Below, piece after piece: positions 62,686 through 64,000 of a stretch of DNA of 64,000 nucleotides; within the stretch, counting starts at the first letter, position 1; each line of letters opens with the position of its first letter. The stretch covers positions 109,106 through 173,105 of the forward strand of contig CANJZE010000001.1 of NCBI GenBank assembly GCA_947479455.1, written 5' to 3'. The notes under the pieces are model-generated. The model was given only the letters and a program-made list of their open reading frames with translations. It was not told the DNA's origin and searched no databases. This stretch comes from Bacteroidota bacterium. Lineage in GTDB: Bacteria; Bacteroidota; Bacteroidia; Chitinophagales; LD1. The translations under genes and the position numbers were made by a program.

Positions 62686-63828
62686 TTAGCAATTATCTGC
62701 TTCGTAAAACTCAAGCACGTTTGATGCTACATGATTTAGCTCCGCATCGGTCATATTGTAAAAGAGAGGCAAACGCAAAAGCCGTTTGCTTTCGGTTGAA
62801 GTAAATTCATCGTTGCCATTAAACCTTCCTGCTGTTAAACCAAACTCACTATTATGCAATGGTGTGTAGTGAAATTGTGCGCTAACTTCTTTTGCAGTTA
62901 AAAAACAAATAAGGGCATCACGCTCTTCTTCGTTTTTTGCCTTCATAAAAAAACAATGAGCGTTGTGGTGAGAATCAGTTGAAAGTTTTGGCAAGCGGAT
63001 ATTATTCTGCGTTTGTAACACGCTTAGTTTTTCGAAATACAAATTCCAAAGCTGAACAAAGCGACCGTTAATCTTCGCTATATTTTCTAATTGCGAGAAA
63101 AGCATAGCTGCATTCAATTCTGAAAGCGGAAAATTAGAGCCCAGGTTTTTCCATTCGTATCGATTCTCTTTTCCTTTGAAAAAATTTCTGCGATTAGTCC
63201 CAAATTCATAATGCACAAAGAAGTTTTCAAGAAGCTTTTCGTTATTAATAGCAATTCCACCACCTTGACCGCAACTGATATTTTTTAAATGGTCGAAACT
63301 AAAAGTGGAAATATCGCCAAAGCTGCCGAGAGAATTTTCACCCTGCTTAGCTCCTGTGCCATGCGCATTATCTTCAATAACAAATAGCTGATGTTTCTGA
63401 GCAATGTTTTTAATGGCTGTGTAATCACAAGCAACACCGGAATAATTGATGGTGAGTATTGCTTTTGTTTTGGGAGTTACTGCTGCTTCAATTTTTGCCG
63501 CATCAATATTCATCGTGTTCGGTTCAACATCTACAAACACACAAGTAGCACCGCGCAAAGCGATGGAATTAGCACAAGCTACAAAGGCAAACGAGGGCAT
63601 AATTACTTCATCCCCTGTTTCAATTCCTAATGTAAGCGCAGCAAGTTCTAAAGAATGTGTGCATGATTTGGTTAGAAAAAAATTATTTAGTCCATGGTTT
63701 TCTGCAAACCAATTTTCACATTTTGAAATAAAATTTTTTTCGGCAAAAGAATTTCCATCGTGCAACACCTGATGCACATATTGCTCTTCATCACCGGTAA
63801 TAGCTGTTCTAAAAAAGGGAACCTTCAT
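62686..63828 (-). CDS. DegT/DnrJ/EryC1/StrS-family PLP aminotransferase (WecE-like sugar aminotransferase)
   Basis: 380 aa. N-terminus MKVPFFRTAITGDEEQYVHQVL, family-typical DNAHG. and FSFDHLKNISCGQGG (PLP lysine region). Confidence 0.75.
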   Translation of the reverse strand: MKVPFFRTAITGDEEQYVHQVLHDGNSFAEKNFISKCENWFAENHGLNNFFLTKSCTHSLELAALTLGIETGDEVIMPSFAFVACANSIALRGATCVFVDVEPNTMNIDAAKIEAAVTPKTKAILTINYSGVACDYTAIKNIAQKHQLFVIEDNAHGTGAKQGENSLGSFGDISTFSFDHLKNISCGQGGGIAINNEKLLENFFVHYEFGTNRRNFFKGKENRYEWKNLGSNFPLSELNAAMLFSQLENIAKINGRFVQLWNLYFEKLSVLQTQNNIRLPKLSTDSHHNAHCFFMKAKNEEERDALICFLTAKEVSAQFHYTPLHNSEFGLTAGRFNGNDEFTSTESKRLLRLPLFYNMTDAELNHVASNVLEFYEADNC

Positions 63829-64000
63829 GCGGCAAAGTTGAAATTACAAACCGAAAACAAAAACAGCCCACGTTTTAAGTGAGCCGCTTTAGTTTAAAGG
63901 TAAAATTTCTTATTCGTTTGTAGAAGAATTCATGCTGGTTCCCATCTCGAGCGATTGACGAATGACTTTCGAATTGGTGCAGCCTGTTTTGTTATATCCT

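Noticed and set aside
63910-64000. Open minus-strand frame running into the window end (..GYNKTGCTNSKVIRQSLEMGTSMNSSTNE*).
   Set aside because: Only about 30 codons are visible with no recognisable motif. It is probably the 3' end of a gene outside the window, but this is not enough to call.

Overview
This 64-kb window is a gene-dense chromosomal segment that reads as Bacteroidota. The signs are T9SS type A and type B C-terminal sorting domains, PorP/SprF, a TonB-dependent receptor + DUF4249 pair, a 289-aa RpoD, DUF3276, and A-rich leaders without Shine-Dalgarno sites. I call about 58 protein genes. One is truncated by the window edge and one is broken by a homopolymer frameshift. I found no rRNA, tRNA, CRISPR array, transposase, integrase, reverse transcriptase or phage genes.

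Gene content:
- Housekeeping: purT, pgk, rpoD, clpS, queD, a DEAD-box helicase and a 2-oxoacid dehydrogenase E1.
- Lipid/CoA metabolism: an ACAD-SCP2 fusion, an SCP2-CoA-transferase fusion, a FadB/FadJ-type enzyme and an ERG4/ERG24-type sterol reductase homologue.
- Sulfur modules: sulfotransferase + ASST-like + EEP, and a persulfide dioxygenase-rhodanese next to a rhodanese-thioredoxin.
- A HlyD/hydrolase/FtsX/ABC/LytS/LytTR operon.
- A T9SS type B cargo module: a 1871-aa adhesin, an OmpA-family protein and PorP/SprF.
- Two tandem class III nucleotide cyclases.
- A PIN toxin-antitoxin pair.

The most unusual signal is non-genic. Several families of small structured repeats sit exactly at gene junctions.
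- The main family has a duplicated 5' arm+loop, a complementary 3' arm and an A-rich tail that ends at a start codon. Its stems change in a compensatory way between copies.
- Copies of this family form the in-frame linkers of both SCP2 fusion proteins. They also supply the pgk stop codon, the C-terminus of a methyltransferase and part of an ABC ATPase N-terminus.
- A four-helix-bundle (23S rRNA IVS/Avd-like) gene bracketed by imperfect inverted repeats is wedged into an Fe-S oxidoreductase gene pair.

All functional calls rest on motif and architecture recognition by eye. No homology search, HMM or folding program was run. Repeat coordinates were derived manually.
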